64,000 nucleotides of DNA from positions 480,001 through 544,000 of the forward strand of contig JAYFMW010000006.1 in the NCBI GenBank assembly GCA_042408215.1, given 5' to 3'. The notes below the pieces were generated by a model. The model worked only from the letters and a program-made list of their open reading frames with translations, made no database searches and was not told the origin of the DNA. This document shows positions 1 to 10,737 of the stretch, piece after piece. Positions within the stretch are counted from its first letter, which is position 1. Every line of letters starts with the position of its first letter. The position numbers and the translations under genes are program-made. This DNA is from Microcoleus sp. (lineage in GTDB: Bacteria > Cyanobacteriota > Cyanobacteriia > Cyanobacteriales > Microcoleaceae).

Positions 1-292
1 GCGGTGCAATTCCATCCTCATTCCACTGCTGATAAGAACCCCGATCGCCCTTCGGTCTACCAAATGCTACCATCACATCCGGTGCATTAACAATATTGTT
101 GCGTCCCTCTACCGGATACCAAAGCAAATCGCCCGCCACAAATACATTTTGGTCATTGGCATACATTGCTTCTATATTCTGCTCAACGACGAAAATCCAG
201 CGAAACTGCTTGGTATTATTTGCCATCGGTTGACCATCACTTTCGGGATAAATAACTTCTGGTTGGGTTGGAGATTGAATTTGAGAAACCAT
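1..292 (-). CDS. Uma2 (DUF820) family endonuclease-like protein, 3' end outside window
   Basis: Manual translation from ATG at 292: MVSQIQSPTQPEVIYPESDGQPMANNTKQFRWI...VFVAGDLLWYPVEG...APDVMVAFGRPKGDRGSYQQWNE, typical of cyanobacterial Uma2 proteins. Not in the ORF track because it runs off the edge. Confidence 0.85.
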   Translation of the reverse strand, partial: MVSQIQSPTQPEVIYPESDGQPMANNTKQFRWIFVVEQNIEAMYANDQNVFVAGDLLWYPVEGRNNIVNAPDVMVAFGRPKGDRGSYQQWNEDGIAP

Positions 293-364
293 AGCATCAA
301 AGGAACTTTGCCTAGGGATATTTTAATTTTAGCACAAAGCTAATAGATTAGTTTTGAGATAGAA

Positions 365-452
365 TATAGCCTTTCTCAGTAACAGTGCGGTGCACGCTTG
401 ATATAGGGCATAGGGCATAGGGCATACCTCACCAAGATTGAGAACTGCTATA
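365..452. mobile_element. Small MITE-like element with TATAGC..TTCTCA / TGAGAACTGCTATA ends carrying TAGGGCA heptamers
   Basis: Imperfect terminal inverted repeats enclose three TAGGGCA units. Confidence 0.5.
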
Positions 453-491
453 GATGCGATCGCGATCGGCTCAATTTACCGCTCTCAATTT

Positions 492-2135
492 TCAAAGCTC
501 TTTAATCATCCAGTAAGTCAGCATTTTCCCTTTGCCTTTCACTTCGATCATCCCCCGTTCCTCAAAAATAAATTGTTCCTTCAAACGCTCATAAGTCGCC
601 CCCGTAACTTGAATTTTCCCCGGCATTCCGTTCGACTCCATCCGCGAAGCAACATTAACAGTATCCCCCCACAAATCATAGCTAAACTTGCTAATTCCAA
701 TAATTCCAGCCACCACAGAACCGCTGTGAATGCCAATCCGCAATTGAAAAGTTTCTCCGATTTTGAGATTAAACTGAGTCAAAGCCGATTGCATCTCCAA
801 AGCCAAAAGTGCGATCGCCTGTGCATGATCTTCCCGCGCAGTAGGCAACCCTCCAACTACCATGTAAGCATCCCCAATAGTCTTAATTTTTTCCAACCCG
901 TGGGACTCAGACAACCTATCAAACTCACAAAAAATCCCATTCAAAATTTCCACCAACTGAGTCGGAGTTTTGCGGGCAGAAAACTCCGTAAAACCCACCA
1001 AATCCGCAAACAAAACGCTCACTTCATCAAAATGATCCGCGATCAGTTTTTGCTCTTTTTGCAAGCGCTCCGCAATCGGTTTCGGTAAAATATTCAGCAG
1101 CAATCTCTCTGTTTGTTTTTGCTGCAATCTCAGCGATTCCTCAGCTTGCTTGCGCTGAATCAACGCACCTAGCTGAGTCGCAACAGCACTCACTAATTCC
1201 AACAATCGTGGCTGACATTCAAGATTTTGATCGCGATAAAAAATCAAAACAGCTAGCACCTGATTGTCAGCCAAAATCGGCACCCCGAAAGCTGCTTTCA
1301 ACCCCACATTAGCTGCTATTTGCGATCGCAAAAAAACCTGTTCCGGTGCGGTAGAAACATCATCGATCCATTCAGACTGCTGTCCAAGCCAAATCCTCCC
1401 CGGCATTCCCACACCAGGCTGGAAACTTAACTGACAACTTGTCTGTCTGAATTCCGAGAAACTCAAATCGCTAGCATACCTGCCTAGAGCGCATTTTAAG
1501 ACTTGGCCGTCACTGCTGGGAATCCAAGCTTCGCCCAAATTCCATTCAATTGTTTCGCAAATCAACCTTAAAATCAAATCTATAGCAGACTCAAAATTTT
1601 CAGATTTGCTAATAGCTTGAGTAGCTCTCAGCAGCAATCTAGTTTCCATTTCAACCTGTCTGCGTTCGGCAATTTCCTGATGCAGTTGGACATTTTGTTC
1701 AGTCAGTTTTTGATTCTTTTCTTGCAATTGTATTTGCAAGGAACGCACAGCAAGTTGATTGCTAACTCGCGCCAATACTTCCTTCATCTGAAAAGGTTTT
1801 GTGATGTAATCAGAACCCCCAACTTCAAAGGCTTTTGCCTTGTTTATTCCTTCTTCAATGGCGCTGAGAAAAATAATCGGGATCTGGCTAAATTGCGGCT
1901 CTGCTTTCAATTGTTGACAAAGCTCATAGCCGTCTAGATCGGGCATCATAATATCCAGCAAAATCAAATCTGGAGGGCTAGATTGAATCGCCTCTAAAGC
2001 TGAAAAACCGTTAGTAACAGGTCTCACTTTGTAGCCCTGTTTTTGCAAGATTCTAATCAACAAACGCAAGTTATCTGGCGTATCGTCAACTACTAAAATA
2101 TCCGCTTGATAGTGTTCATTTTGTTCTGCCATCAT
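492..2135 (-). CDS. Class III adenylate cyclase (REC-GAF-cyclase)
   Basis: N-terminal REC (ILVVDD...LLDIMMP...KP), central GAF, and cyclase motifs VLFADLVGFT, EKIKTIGDAYM and YDLWGDTVNVASRMES. The K/D specificity residues indicate ATP as substrate. Confidence 0.9.
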   Translation of the reverse strand: MMAEQNEHYQADILVVDDTPDNLRLLIRILQKQGYKVRPVTNGFSALEAIQSSPPDLILLDIMMPDLDGYELCQQLKAEPQFSQIPIIFLSAIEEGINKAKAFEVGGSDYITKPFQMKEVLARVSNQLAVRSLQIQLQEKNQKLTEQNVQLHQEIAERRQVEMETRLLLRATQAISKSENFESAIDLILRLICETIEWNLGEAWIPSSDGQVLKCALGRYASDLSFSEFRQTSCQLSFQPGVGMPGRIWLGQQSEWIDDVSTAPEQVFLRSQIAANVGLKAAFGVPILADNQVLAVLIFYRDQNLECQPRLLELVSAVATQLGALIQRKQAEESLRLQQKQTERLLLNILPKPIAERLQKEQKLIADHFDEVSVLFADLVGFTEFSARKTPTQLVEILNGIFCEFDRLSESHGLEKIKTIGDAYMVVGGLPTAREDHAQAIALLALEMQSALTQFNLKIGETFQLRIGIHSGSVVAGIIGISKFSYDLWGDTVNVASRMESNGMPGKIQVTGATYERLKEQFIFEERGMIEVKGKGKMLTYWMIKEL

Positions 2136-2145
2136 CTGAGTTATT

Positions 2146-4653
2146 TTAGTTTTCCGCCTCGCTAATTAAAATGAGAATTTTCTGGTAATCAAAATTATCT
2201 AGATGACCCTGGAGGAGTTCGGAAAATGCCGGATTTTCACTCCAGATTTCCTCTATTGTCCTAGCAATTAAGTCAAAGTCTGCGTTGCGGATTACCTGCT
2301 TCATTTTGCCGATCCATTCTGCGGGCAGTTTGGACGCAGAAGTAAGTGTAAAAGTTGAGGTAGAGTCAGATAGCTGCGGACGATCGCAACTTGAGCAAGA
2401 GTAAGTGTAATTCACCCCCAAATGTCTGTTGAGCGTATCAAATATATCTGTTTTGCGGAAAGGTTTGCAGATCAAATCGTCACAACCCACAAATAAAACA
2501 AAAGCTGGTTTTTCGGCAATTGTACTAGCTGTCAAGGCAATAATCTTCGGAATAGGGCATTCTATAAGGGAAACGTTCATTTCCTTGCCCCCTGCTTGCT
2601 CTCTCTCCCTCTGCTGTACTCTAGCTCTAATTTCTCTAGTAGCTTCATAGCCATCCATGACGGGCATTCGCAGATCCATTAAGATTAAGTGCGGCTGCCA
2701 ATTTTCCCATATTTCTACTGCTTCGCGGCCGTTGCTGGCTTCTTCGACTGCGAAACCAATGGGATAAAGCATTTTTACTAACAGTTGACGGTTGTCTTCG
2801 CGATCGTCCACAATTAAAATCCGATAGCGGGGTTGATGGGGTTGCAAACCAGTAACTTCGCGATCGATTTGCGGAGCAAGTATGGCGATCGGATCGACTA
2901 CACTGAGTGGAATCTCGAATTTAAAAGTAGTGCCCTGTTCGAGTTGGCTTTCCACGGTGATCTGGCCACCCATTAGGAGTACAAATTGCCGGCTAATAGT
3001 TAATCCCAAACCCGTGCCTTTCTGCGTTTTTTGACCGGATGATGTTTGCACGAAGGCTTGAAAAACATGGCTTAATTCTTCGGGGGAAATGCCAACTCCG
3101 GTATCTTGAATTTCAAAGCTCAGGGAGAAATCAGAACTTGTTTGATTTTCCGATAAACTGACAATTGCATCTTCTGACTTCTTGCTTCTGACTTCTTGCT
3201 TCTGACTTCTATCCGTTACATCCGTTACAGAATCCGTTGCCGAACTTCCTTCTTCCTTCTTCTTAACTCTGACTGACACCGTACCTATCGGCGTAAATTT
3301 AATTGCATTACTGAGGAGATTGATCAGCACTTGCCGCAGTTTGACAGCATCGGTTTGCACGTACTGGGGAACGTCAGCAGCGCGCTGGAAAAGTAACTCT
3401 ACTTGTTGATTTTGCGATCGCAGTTGAAACATATCTTCCAACTCGTCTAGCAAGCGGTAGAGGTCAAAGTTTGTAGAATCGAGCGTCATCCGCCCAGCTT
3501 CTATTTTTGATAAGTCTAAAGCTTGATTGATCAGGGTAAGCAAGTGTTCGCCACTGCGGTGAATAATTCTGAGACTTTCTCGGTTTTCGCGAGTAAGATT
3601 GGGGCTGGGTTCCATGATTTGAGCAAAGCCCAGTATGGCGTTGAGGGGAGTACGCAACTCGTGGCTCATGTTGGCCAGGAATGTACTTTTAGCTTTGTTT
3701 GCTGCTTCGGCAATTAATGCGGCTTGTTGCAGTTGTTCTGTACGTTCAACAATTTCCGATTCTAAGGTGCGCTGGTAATCTGCTACTATTTTTTCGGCTT
3801 GTTTGCGTCCACTAATATCTTGAAAAGCCGCGATCGCATAAACAATATTTCCGCTGCTATCAAAAATTGGCGTGGTAGTTATCTCCAGGGCAATTATCTT
3901 GCCATTCGGGCGGATTTCTACGTCATCAACCATGACAAATTCCCCCCTCAGTGCCCGCAAAATCGGCAGATTATCCGGCGGGTATAGCTCATCACTATTG
4001 GCTACATAAAGTTGATAAGTTGCAGCTAATTGTTCCGCAGTGCTTTCCGGGATAGTATCAGCACCCAGCAACTGCCGCGCCCTGTCATTAAAATAGGCGA
4101 TCGTACCATCAGGATTGTAAACAGATACCCCCACCGGCAAAGCTTCTAAAAATTGATTTAGCCTACTTTCACTGGCAGACAGCGCCTGATTTACTCGCCT
4201 CAACTCCTCGTTTGCTTCTTGTCGCTTCAGGATTTCATCTGTTAACTTTTGATCTTGCAAGTAACTATGAACTGCTTCTACCACTGTTAATTTTAAATCT
4301 TCATTGTGCCAAGGTTTAGGAATGTAACGATATAACTTAGCATACTTAATCGCATTGCTCAGGGCTTCTAAATCTGCTTGACCCGTCAGCATAATAGTTA
4401 ACGTCTCGGGAGATCTTTCGTGAATTTGTCTCAGCAGTTCATCTCCTTTAATATCTGGCATAATATAATCGGAAAGCACTAAGGCAATTTCATATTCATC
4501 AGCCTGTAAATCAGCCAGTAAATCTAAAGCATCTTGTCCCCCTTCTGCCGTTTCAATAATACAGCGATCGCCGATCGCCTTTTTCAGTTCAATCTTTAAA
4601 CTGTTCAAAACATCAGGTTCATCATCAATGCAAACAATCACAGGTTTTTTCAT
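2146..4653 (-). CDS. Hybrid histidine kinase (REC-PAS-HisKA-HATPase-REC)
   Basis: Motifs FLANMSHELRTPLN, NLLSNAIKFT, DTGVGI, GTGLGL, plus two REC domains. Likely start MKKPVIV at 4653 overlaps the upstream stop (ATGA), rather than the ORF-track start at 4704. Confidence 0.9.
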   Translation of the reverse strand: MKKPVIVCIDDEPDVLNSLKIELKKAIGDRCIIETAEGGQDALDLLADLQADEYEIALVLSDYIMPDIKGDELLRQIHERSPETLTIMLTGQADLEALSNAIKYAKLYRYIPKPWHNEDLKLTVVEAVHSYLQDQKLTDEILKRQEANEELRRVNQALSASESRLNQFLEALPVGVSVYNPDGTIAYFNDRARQLLGADTIPESTAEQLAATYQLYVANSDELYPPDNLPILRALRGEFVMVDDVEIRPNGKIIALEITTTPIFDSSGNIVYAIAAFQDISGRKQAEKIVADYQRTLESEIVERTEQLQQAALIAEAANKAKSTFLANMSHELRTPLNAILGFAQIMEPSPNLTRENRESLRIIHRSGEHLLTLINQALDLSKIEAGRMTLDSTNFDLYRLLDELEDMFQLRSQNQQVELLFQRAADVPQYVQTDAVKLRQVLINLLSNAIKFTPIGTVSVRVKKKEEGSSATDSVTDVTDRSQKQEVRSKKSEDAIVSLSENQTSSDFSLSFEIQDTGVGISPEELSHVFQAFVQTSSGQKTQKGTGLGLTISRQFVLLMGGQITVESQLEQGTTFKFEIPLSVVDPIAILAPQIDREVTGLQPHQPRYRILIVDDREDNRQLLVKMLYPIGFAVEEASNGREAVEIWENWQPHLILMDLRMPVMDGYEATREIRARVQQREREQAGGKEMNVSLIECPIPKIIALTASTIAEKPAFVLFVGCDDLICKPFRKTDIFDTLNRHLGVNYTYSCSSCDRPQLSDSTSTFTLTSASKLPAEWIGKMKQVIRNADFDLIARTIEEIWSENPAFSELLQGHLDNFDYQKILILISEAEN

Positions 4654-5042
4654 AACTTTGCTAGCCCCGATTTTATCGTCTCTATTAACTCTTCGCGATT
4701 CCACGGTTTGTACAGACAGCAGTATAAATCTGCTTGAGTTACAGCTCGTTCAACTGCTGCTACATCTGCTTGACCCGTCAACATCACTTTCACCATCTTA
4801 GGATATTTTTGGTGAATTTTGATTAAAAGTTCATCACCTTTAATTCCCGGCATCAGCCAATCAGAAACAACCACAACCACTCGCTCGTCCTCTGAGAAAT
4901 CTGCAATTAACTCTAAAGCTTCATCACCACTTTCAGCTAATTCATAAAAATAATTATCTTTAAACTCATTTTTAAGTTGGATTTTGAGAGTATGCAAGAT
5001 ATCTGGTTCATCGTCAACGCAAAGAATTATAGGTTTATTCAT
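4650..5042 (-). CDS. Single-domain response regulator
   Basis: 130 aa REC domain only: ILCVDDE, SDWLMP, MLTG, YKPW. Confidence 0.9.
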   Translation of the reverse strand: MNKPIILCVDDEPDILHTLKIQLKNEFKDNYFYELAESGDEALELIADFSEDERVVVVVSDWLMPGIKGDELLIKIHQKYPKMVKVMLTGQADVAAVERAVTQADLYCCLYKPWNREELIETIKSGLAKL

Positions 5043-5061
5043 TTTCTCTTCCTACTTGAGT

Positions 5062-6486
5062 TTAACCGATTGGCAGCGAGACTGTAAATGTTGTCTCCCC
5101 CGGAACCGACTCTACCGTAACATTTCCTTCATGTTTATCTACAATTTTTCTGACAATATCTAATCCCAAACCGCTGCCTTCCCCAGTAGATTTAGTTGTA
5201 AAAAATGGCTGAAAAATCTTCGGAATAACGTCTGGGGGAATACCTTTGCCACTGTCGGTAAATCTGAGGAATATCCTCCCCTCTTTTTGCAGAGTTTCAA
5301 TAGTTAAAGTTCCGTGATAATCCATAGCTTGCAAAGCATTATGAATTAAATTTGTCCACACTTGATTTAGGTCATCTGGATAGCAGATAATTTTGGGTAA
5401 ATTCCCATATTTTCTAATTACCTCCATACCGTGCTTTAGTTGATTTTGATAAAGCGTTAAAACCGTTTCAATACCTTCGTGCAAGTTAGCTTCCACTTTG
5501 GATTGCTGGTTATCGAAATGAGCGTAGCTTTTCAAGGCAAACACTACTTTACCCGACTTCGCTGTTGCTCTTTGAATCAAGCTAATACTTTTTTTAAAGC
5601 TAGCAAACTGGTAAGCAGTATTTAAAACTTTTTCCCAGTCAGATAATTTAAAAAGTGGCAACAAGTCTTCTATGTTCTCGTAAATTTCCATATCAACTAA
5701 AGTGTCAGCTATATCCTCACACTCAGCTATTTCTTCTGCTTTTAAATAGCTGATTAAATGCTGTTTAAATTGACGCTTTTCTTTGCTTGTTAGGAGATTT
5801 ACTTGATGATTTGATCTGTTCATTAACAGCGAAAAATAAGCTTTGCTTTCTGAAGAAATTTCTTGGAAAAATTCCGGTAATTTTTCCAAATTAGCGTCCC
5901 AAAAATTAGCAATGTTCTCAATAGACGAACCAATAATGCCCAGGGGCGTATTGATTTCGTGGGCAATGCCAGCAATCAGTTGTCCGAGGGCGGCCATTTT
6001 TTCCGATTGAATCAAATGCTCTTGAGTTGTTTGCAGTTGTAGGATCGCAGTTGCTAAATCTTGATTTTTTTCTTGCAAACTCTGTTGCAGCGAACAAATT
6101 TTTAAGTGCGTTTCGATGCGAGCTAAAACTTCTTCAACCTGAAAGGGTTTGGTGATAAAATCAACTCCCCCAACTGCAAAAGCTTTAACTTTATCCAGCA
6201 CGTCATTGATCGCACTAATAAAAATCACAGGAATGTCTTTTGTAATTTCAGAAGCTTTGAGTTGCTGGCAAACTTGATAGCCGTCCATTTCCGGCATCAT
6301 AATATCCAGCAGCACTAAATCTGGGGGTATTTTTTGGGCAGCAGAGAGTGCTAGCTTGCCATTGGGTACGGGGCGAACTTGATAGCCTTTTTCGCTGAGA
6401 ATTCCTGCGAGCAGGCGGAGGTTTTCTGGCGTGTCGTCAACTACTAAAATGTTGCCTTGATGGGTTTTTGGTAAAGTAGAAATCAT
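5062..6486 (-). CDS. REC-histidine kinase (NtrB-like)
   Basis: REC domain followed by AGIAHEINTPL, NLIHNALQAM, DSGKGI, FFTTK..GEGSGLGL. Confidence 0.9.
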   Translation of the reverse strand: MISTLPKTHQGNILVVDDTPENLRLLAGILSEKGYQVRPVPNGKLALSAAQKIPPDLVLLDIMMPEMDGYQVCQQLKASEITKDIPVIFISAINDVLDKVKAFAVGGVDFITKPFQVEEVLARIETHLKICSLQQSLQEKNQDLATAILQLQTTQEHLIQSEKMAALGQLIAGIAHEINTPLGIIGSSIENIANFWDANLEKLPEFFQEISSESKAYFSLLMNRSNHQVNLLTSKEKRQFKQHLISYLKAEEIAECEDIADTLVDMEIYENIEDLLPLFKLSDWEKVLNTAYQFASFKKSISLIQRATAKSGKVVFALKSYAHFDNQQSKVEANLHEGIETVLTLYQNQLKHGMEVIRKYGNLPKIICYPDDLNQVWTNLIHNALQAMDYHGTLTIETLQKEGRIFLRFTDSGKGIPPDVIPKIFQPFFTTKSTGEGSGLGLDIVRKIVDKHEGNVTVESVPGETTFTVSLPIG

Positions 6487-6494
6487 TTAGGGCT

Positions 6495-9400
6495 TTACTG
6501 CTCCTCGCTTTTAGCAATTACACTCAAAATGCGATCGTATTCAAAATTATCAATGCAATCTAGGAGTGTGTCAGCAAGCTCAGGGTTGACAGTGCCGATT
6601 TGTGCGATCGAACTGGCGATCGCCTCCATATCCACACTCAAAATAGTTTGCTTGAATGCAGCTACCCAGTCGGGAGCAAGAGAGGCGATCGCCCCTGGTG
6701 TCAGGAAGTCATGACTTGACTCCCCCGTAGCTGCCAGACTAGCTGCTGTTGGATCTTCATAAATATAGCGTACTCCTAAATGTTTGCCCATTGTTGCAAA
6801 AATATCTTCCTCTCGGAACGGTTTCCGCATAAAATCATCGCAACCCGTCGAAAGAATCACCGCCCGTTCTTCCTCCAAAACACTAGCAGTCAAAGCTATA
6901 ATCGCAGTTGCTTGTCCTTGAGTAGTAGTTTTAATCTGTTTTGTTGCCTCATACCCATCCATTACAGGCATCCTCATATCCATCCAAATCAAGTGTGGCT
7001 CCCACTCCGCACAAATATCCACCGCTTCCTGGCCATTATTCGCTTCTCTCAATTCAAACCCCAGGGGGTTCAGAAGTTTTACCAACAGTAGGCGATTCAG
7101 GGGTTTATCGTCCACAATCAGCAAGCGGTAGCAGGGCTGATTCGGTTCGAGAGCAATAACTCGAAGTTGGGGTTTTTTGCTCTGAATATCGGCAGCTTCA
7201 ACCAGATTAACTTGAATATCAAACTGAAATATTGCACCCTGACCAACCTCGCTACTAATGGTAATTTCTCCTCCCATCAATTGCACAAACTGGCGGCTGA
7301 TCGCTAAACCTAAACCCGTTCCTTCCTGAGAATCTTTCCCGGTTTTTGTCTGTACAAATGCTTCAAACAACTGATTAATTTCGTCAGCATCAATACCTGC
7401 ACCGGTATCTTGCACTTCAAAATGTACTGAGTAGCGATCGGGTACTTGGGAATTGCTATTGTTGTGTTTCTTCCCTAAGCCCCCTCTAACTTGCACTGAA
7501 ACTCCCCCTGATGAAGTAAATTTAATTGCATTGTTAAGCAAGTTAATTAAGACTTGGCGCAACTTGACTTCATCGGTGCAAATATAGTGAGGCACTTCCG
7601 CATCCCGAACGAATAGTAACTGCAAGCCTTTTTCCTCAGCTTTCAGAGCAAACATATCTTCCAAATCGTCCAGCAGTCGATACAAATCAAAGTTTTTTTC
7701 ATTGATTGTACTGCGTCCAGCTTCAATTTTTGACAAGTCTAAAACTTGGTTAATTAAAGTCAGTAAATGTTCGCCACTCCGCAGGATGATTCCCACATTT
7801 TCTTGATTTTCTGAAGAGAGAGTTTTACTGCGAATCAAGACTTGAGCAAAGCCGATAACAGCATTCAGCGGAGAGCGCAATTCGTGGCTCATATTTGCGA
7901 GGAAGATACTTTTAGCTTTGTTAGCTGCTTCCGCTGCTTCTTTTGCCCGCTGCATTTGGATTTCGGCTTGTTTGCTAGCAGTAATATCTTTAATAAAACC
8001 TTCATAGTAGAGTAGATTGTTTTCGCGATCGCCCACAGCGCGGGAATTTTCAGAAATCCAAACAATACTGCCATCTTTTCTGTAAATTTGCGATTCAAAA
8101 TTTGACAGTATCCCGTACTTATTCATCAGTTCTACAAATTCATCGTGGCGCTTGGGATTCACGTAAAGCTGATTATGGAAATTCGGCTGCGCTGCTATTA
8201 ATTCTGCTGTCGATTCGTACCCGTAGATAGTAGCTAAAGCGGGGTTAGCGCTGATGTATTTTCCGTCAACAGCAGTCTGAAAAATGCCATTTAAAGCATT
8301 TTCATAAATGTTGCGGTACTTTTCTTCGGCTTCCCGCAGGGCGGTTTCTGCTTTTTGGCGATCGGTAATATCACTAGAAATCGACAAAAAACAAGCTTGT
8401 CCGTCAATATCAATAGTTTCGATGGACAGCAGCGCTGCTCTTTCTGTACCGCTTTTATTGCGAAACCTCAGCTCGTAATTGTGAAGAGCTGTTTTATTTT
8501 TTAACATTTGAATCATGCGATCTCGCTCTGCCAAAGTAGCCCAAAAATTGAGTTCTACCGCTGTTTTGCCAATAATTTCTGCGTGACTGTAGCCGATCAT
8601 CTGGCAAAAACTTTCATTGACCTCTATATGGCAACCATCGCTAATTCTCGTCAGGGTAATCGCATTAGGACTTAAACGAAAAGCTTTAGAAAACTTTTCT
8701 TGTGCTTTGGCAATTTCTGCGGTACGTTTGGCAACTTGTGATTCTAAATTTTGCTTGTATTCTCTTGACAGTTGCTCCGCTAATTTGCGTTCTGTAATAT
8801 TTTGAAAAGCACACATCCCGTAAATAATATTCCCTTGCTCGTCATAAATAGGAGTTCCCGAAACTTCCAGGGGAACAGCTTCGTTGAGCAGGAACACTTC
8901 CAGGTCGTCAACAGTTACACTTTTGCCCTGCAAAGCATTCAAAATTGGGTCGCGCTCTGCCGGATAAATTTGCTCAGTTCCAGCTAAATAAATGCGGTAG
9001 GAATTGCGTAAATTTTCAGCATCTGATTCCAAAATGCCTTGACCTAAAAGTTGCTCTCCAGCAGGATTAATGTAATAGGGTTTGCCTTGTGTATCGACAA
9101 TAAAAATACCGAGGGGAATAGCATTTAGAAACTGTTTAAGTCGGCTCTCACTTGACCTGAGCGATGTAAATGAATGCTGCAATTGCTCGGCCATGCTGTT
9201 AAAAGAATCGGCAAGTTCTCCGAGTTCGTCTTCCCGATCGATCGTTACTTTTGTATCCCATTCATTCCTCGCCAAAGCTTTCGCCGCCGCGTTCAATCTT
9301 AAAATCGGCCGCACCACCCATCTAGCAGTAATAATGCCCAGAATTGTCGCTGCGATCAAAGCTGCCACCGACAGGAAAATAGTGGTGCGGCTGTTGGCGT

Positions 9401-10439
9401 TAATTTGCTCCATAAAGTCCGACTCTGGAACAACTACCACAATCAGCCAATCCAATCCTCGCTCGTCTTTAAAAGGAGTTACCTGAAGAAAGTTGCGCTT
9501 TCCCTCAACTTCAAAAGTAAGCTGTTGAGAATTATTAATTTTGTCTAAGTTGCCGTATAATTTATCTAAATACAGTGCCGTTTGGCTCAGGACTGCGTTG
9601 TTGCTTTCTGAAGCCTTGATGCGCTTTACTTGTTTACCTTCAACTGCAAATTCGGGATTTTCAGTGGAAGTTGCGATCAACATTCCAGAGCGTTCCATCA
9701 CAAAAGTTTGTCCCGATTTGCCAATTTTGATGGTGCCGAGAAATTCCTTGATTCGGGAAAACAACAAATCGCAGCCAGCTACTCCTAACAAATTGCCGCT
9801 GTCATCGTAGATAGGCATAGCGGCAGTAATTGCCAAGTCTCTAGTTAAAAAATCAGTATAAATTTGACTCCAAATAGGTTTTTTTGCTGCCGCTGCTGCG
9901 ATGTACCAAGGTCGAGTTCGCGGGTCGTAAATATCGGGTGATATTTGCACTAATTTGACACGGTTTCCTTGAGAGTCGGCAGTATATCGAGCTAATTTAT
10001 TGTTAGTCGAACTGTCAGCAGCAGATATCAGAGTTCGATCTTTAGCTTGGAACGCTCCTGAGTGTTCTCCATTTTCCTTGCCTACATAAATGATGCTGAT
10101 CGAATCAAAATATTGAATTTGTTTGAGGAAATGGAGTTCTAGTTTTTGTGTTTCTTCTAGGTTCAACTGCCCCAATTTTAAGCTTTGAACATTGAGGTGA
10201 TTGACAATGTGAGGAATTGACATATAAGTTTGAATTTTGTCTTTAATCCGCTCAGTAATTTCTCCTCGCAACTGAGCGGCAACATCATTGACATCCCGCT
10301 GACCGTTTTGAAATGATAGCCAACCTACAACTCCGACAGTGCCAACAATTTGTACTAAAAAAGGAACTATAAGGACTGTTTGTAAGGGAGCTTTGCCGAT
10401 TATTTTAGTAGCCCAGCGATAGAGTTGTTTAGGAAACAT
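6495..10439 (-). CDS. Membrane hybrid sensor kinase (dCache-HAMP-3xPAS-HK-REC)
   Basis: Two TM segments, Cache motif YDPRTRPWY, HAMP DELGELADSFNSM, three PAS repeats, SHELRSPLN and a REC domain. Start placed at MFPKQ (10439); the upstream ORF extension is heptamer repeat. Confidence 0.9.
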   Translation of the reverse strand: MFPKQLYRWATKIIGKAPLQTVLIVPFLVQIVGTVGVVGWLSFQNGQRDVNDVAAQLRGEITERIKDKIQTYMSIPHIVNHLNVQSLKLGQLNLEETQKLELHFLKQIQYFDSISIIYVGKENGEHSGAFQAKDRTLISAADSSTNNKLARYTADSQGNRVKLVQISPDIYDPRTRPWYIAAAAAKKPIWSQIYTDFLTRDLAITAAMPIYDDSGNLLGVAGCDLLFSRIKEFLGTIKIGKSGQTFVMERSGMLIATSTENPEFAVEGKQVKRIKASESNNAVLSQTALYLDKLYGNLDKINNSQQLTFEVEGKRNFLQVTPFKDERGLDWLIVVVVPESDFMEQINANSRTTIFLSVAALIAATILGIITARWVVRPILRLNAAAKALARNEWDTKVTIDREDELGELADSFNSMAEQLQHSFTSLRSSESRLKQFLNAIPLGIFIVDTQGKPYYINPAGEQLLGQGILESDAENLRNSYRIYLAGTEQIYPAERDPILNALQGKSVTVDDLEVFLLNEAVPLEVSGTPIYDEQGNIIYGMCAFQNITERKLAEQLSREYKQNLESQVAKRTAEIAKAQEKFSKAFRLSPNAITLTRISDGCHIEVNESFCQMIGYSHAEIIGKTAVELNFWATLAERDRMIQMLKNKTALHNYELRFRNKSGTERAALLSIETIDIDGQACFLSISSDITDRQKAETALREAEEKYRNIYENALNGIFQTAVDGKYISANPALATIYGYESTAELIAAQPNFHNQLYVNPKRHDEFVELMNKYGILSNFESQIYRKDGSIVWISENSRAVGDRENNLLYYEGFIKDITASKQAEIQMQRAKEAAEAANKAKSIFLANMSHELRSPLNAVIGFAQVLIRSKTLSSENQENVGIILRSGEHLLTLINQVLDLSKIEAGRSTINEKNFDLYRLLDDLEDMFALKAEEKGLQLLFVRDAEVPHYICTDEVKLRQVLINLLNNAIKFTSSGGVSVQVRGGLGKKHNNSNSQVPDRYSVHFEVQDTGAGIDADEINQLFEAFVQTKTGKDSQEGTGLGLAISRQFVQLMGGEITISSEVGQGAIFQFDIQVNLVEAADIQSKKPQLRVIALEPNQPCYRLLIVDDKPLNRLLLVKLLNPLGFELREANNGQEAVDICAEWEPHLIWMDMRMPVMDGYEATKQIKTTTQGQATAIIALTASVLEEERAVILSTGCDDFMRKPFREEDIFATMGKHLGVRYIYEDPTAASLAATGESSHDFLTPGAIASLAPDWVAAFKQTILSVDMEAIASSIAQIGTVNPELADTLLDCIDNFEYDRILSVIAKSEEQ

Positions 10440-10455
10440 ATTAATCCTAAGAGTA

Positions 10456-10513
10456 ATTGGGAATGGGGCATTGGGAATGGGGCATTGGGAATGGGGCATT
10501 GGAAATTGGGAAT
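10456..10513. repeat. Heptameric short tandem repeat (STRR-like TTGGGAA/TGGGGCA)
   Basis: Direct reading. The same family occurs at 35438-35527, 57053-57160 and 57670-57820. Confidence 0.85.
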
Positions 10514-10737
10514 AGTTTTGAGTTTTGATTGGAAATTCCCTTGCCTTTCCCCTTCTGCGTGCTGTAGTTTACTGACAACAGTACAGTCAATTAATTTAAA
10601 TTAATATAGCGTATTTATGCTGAGAGTTTTTCGTAACTACTGATAAAGATGATATCGTTTCCGCGCTTCATCCGAATCATATCTAATCCGGTAGCATCGG
10701 AATTAATATTACTCACAGCCAGGACACTCCAAGATCC

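Noticed and set aside
438..1088. 216-aa plus-strand ORF and the many other antisense ORFs
   Set aside because: Shadows of well-supported genes on the opposite strand, with no recognisable motifs.
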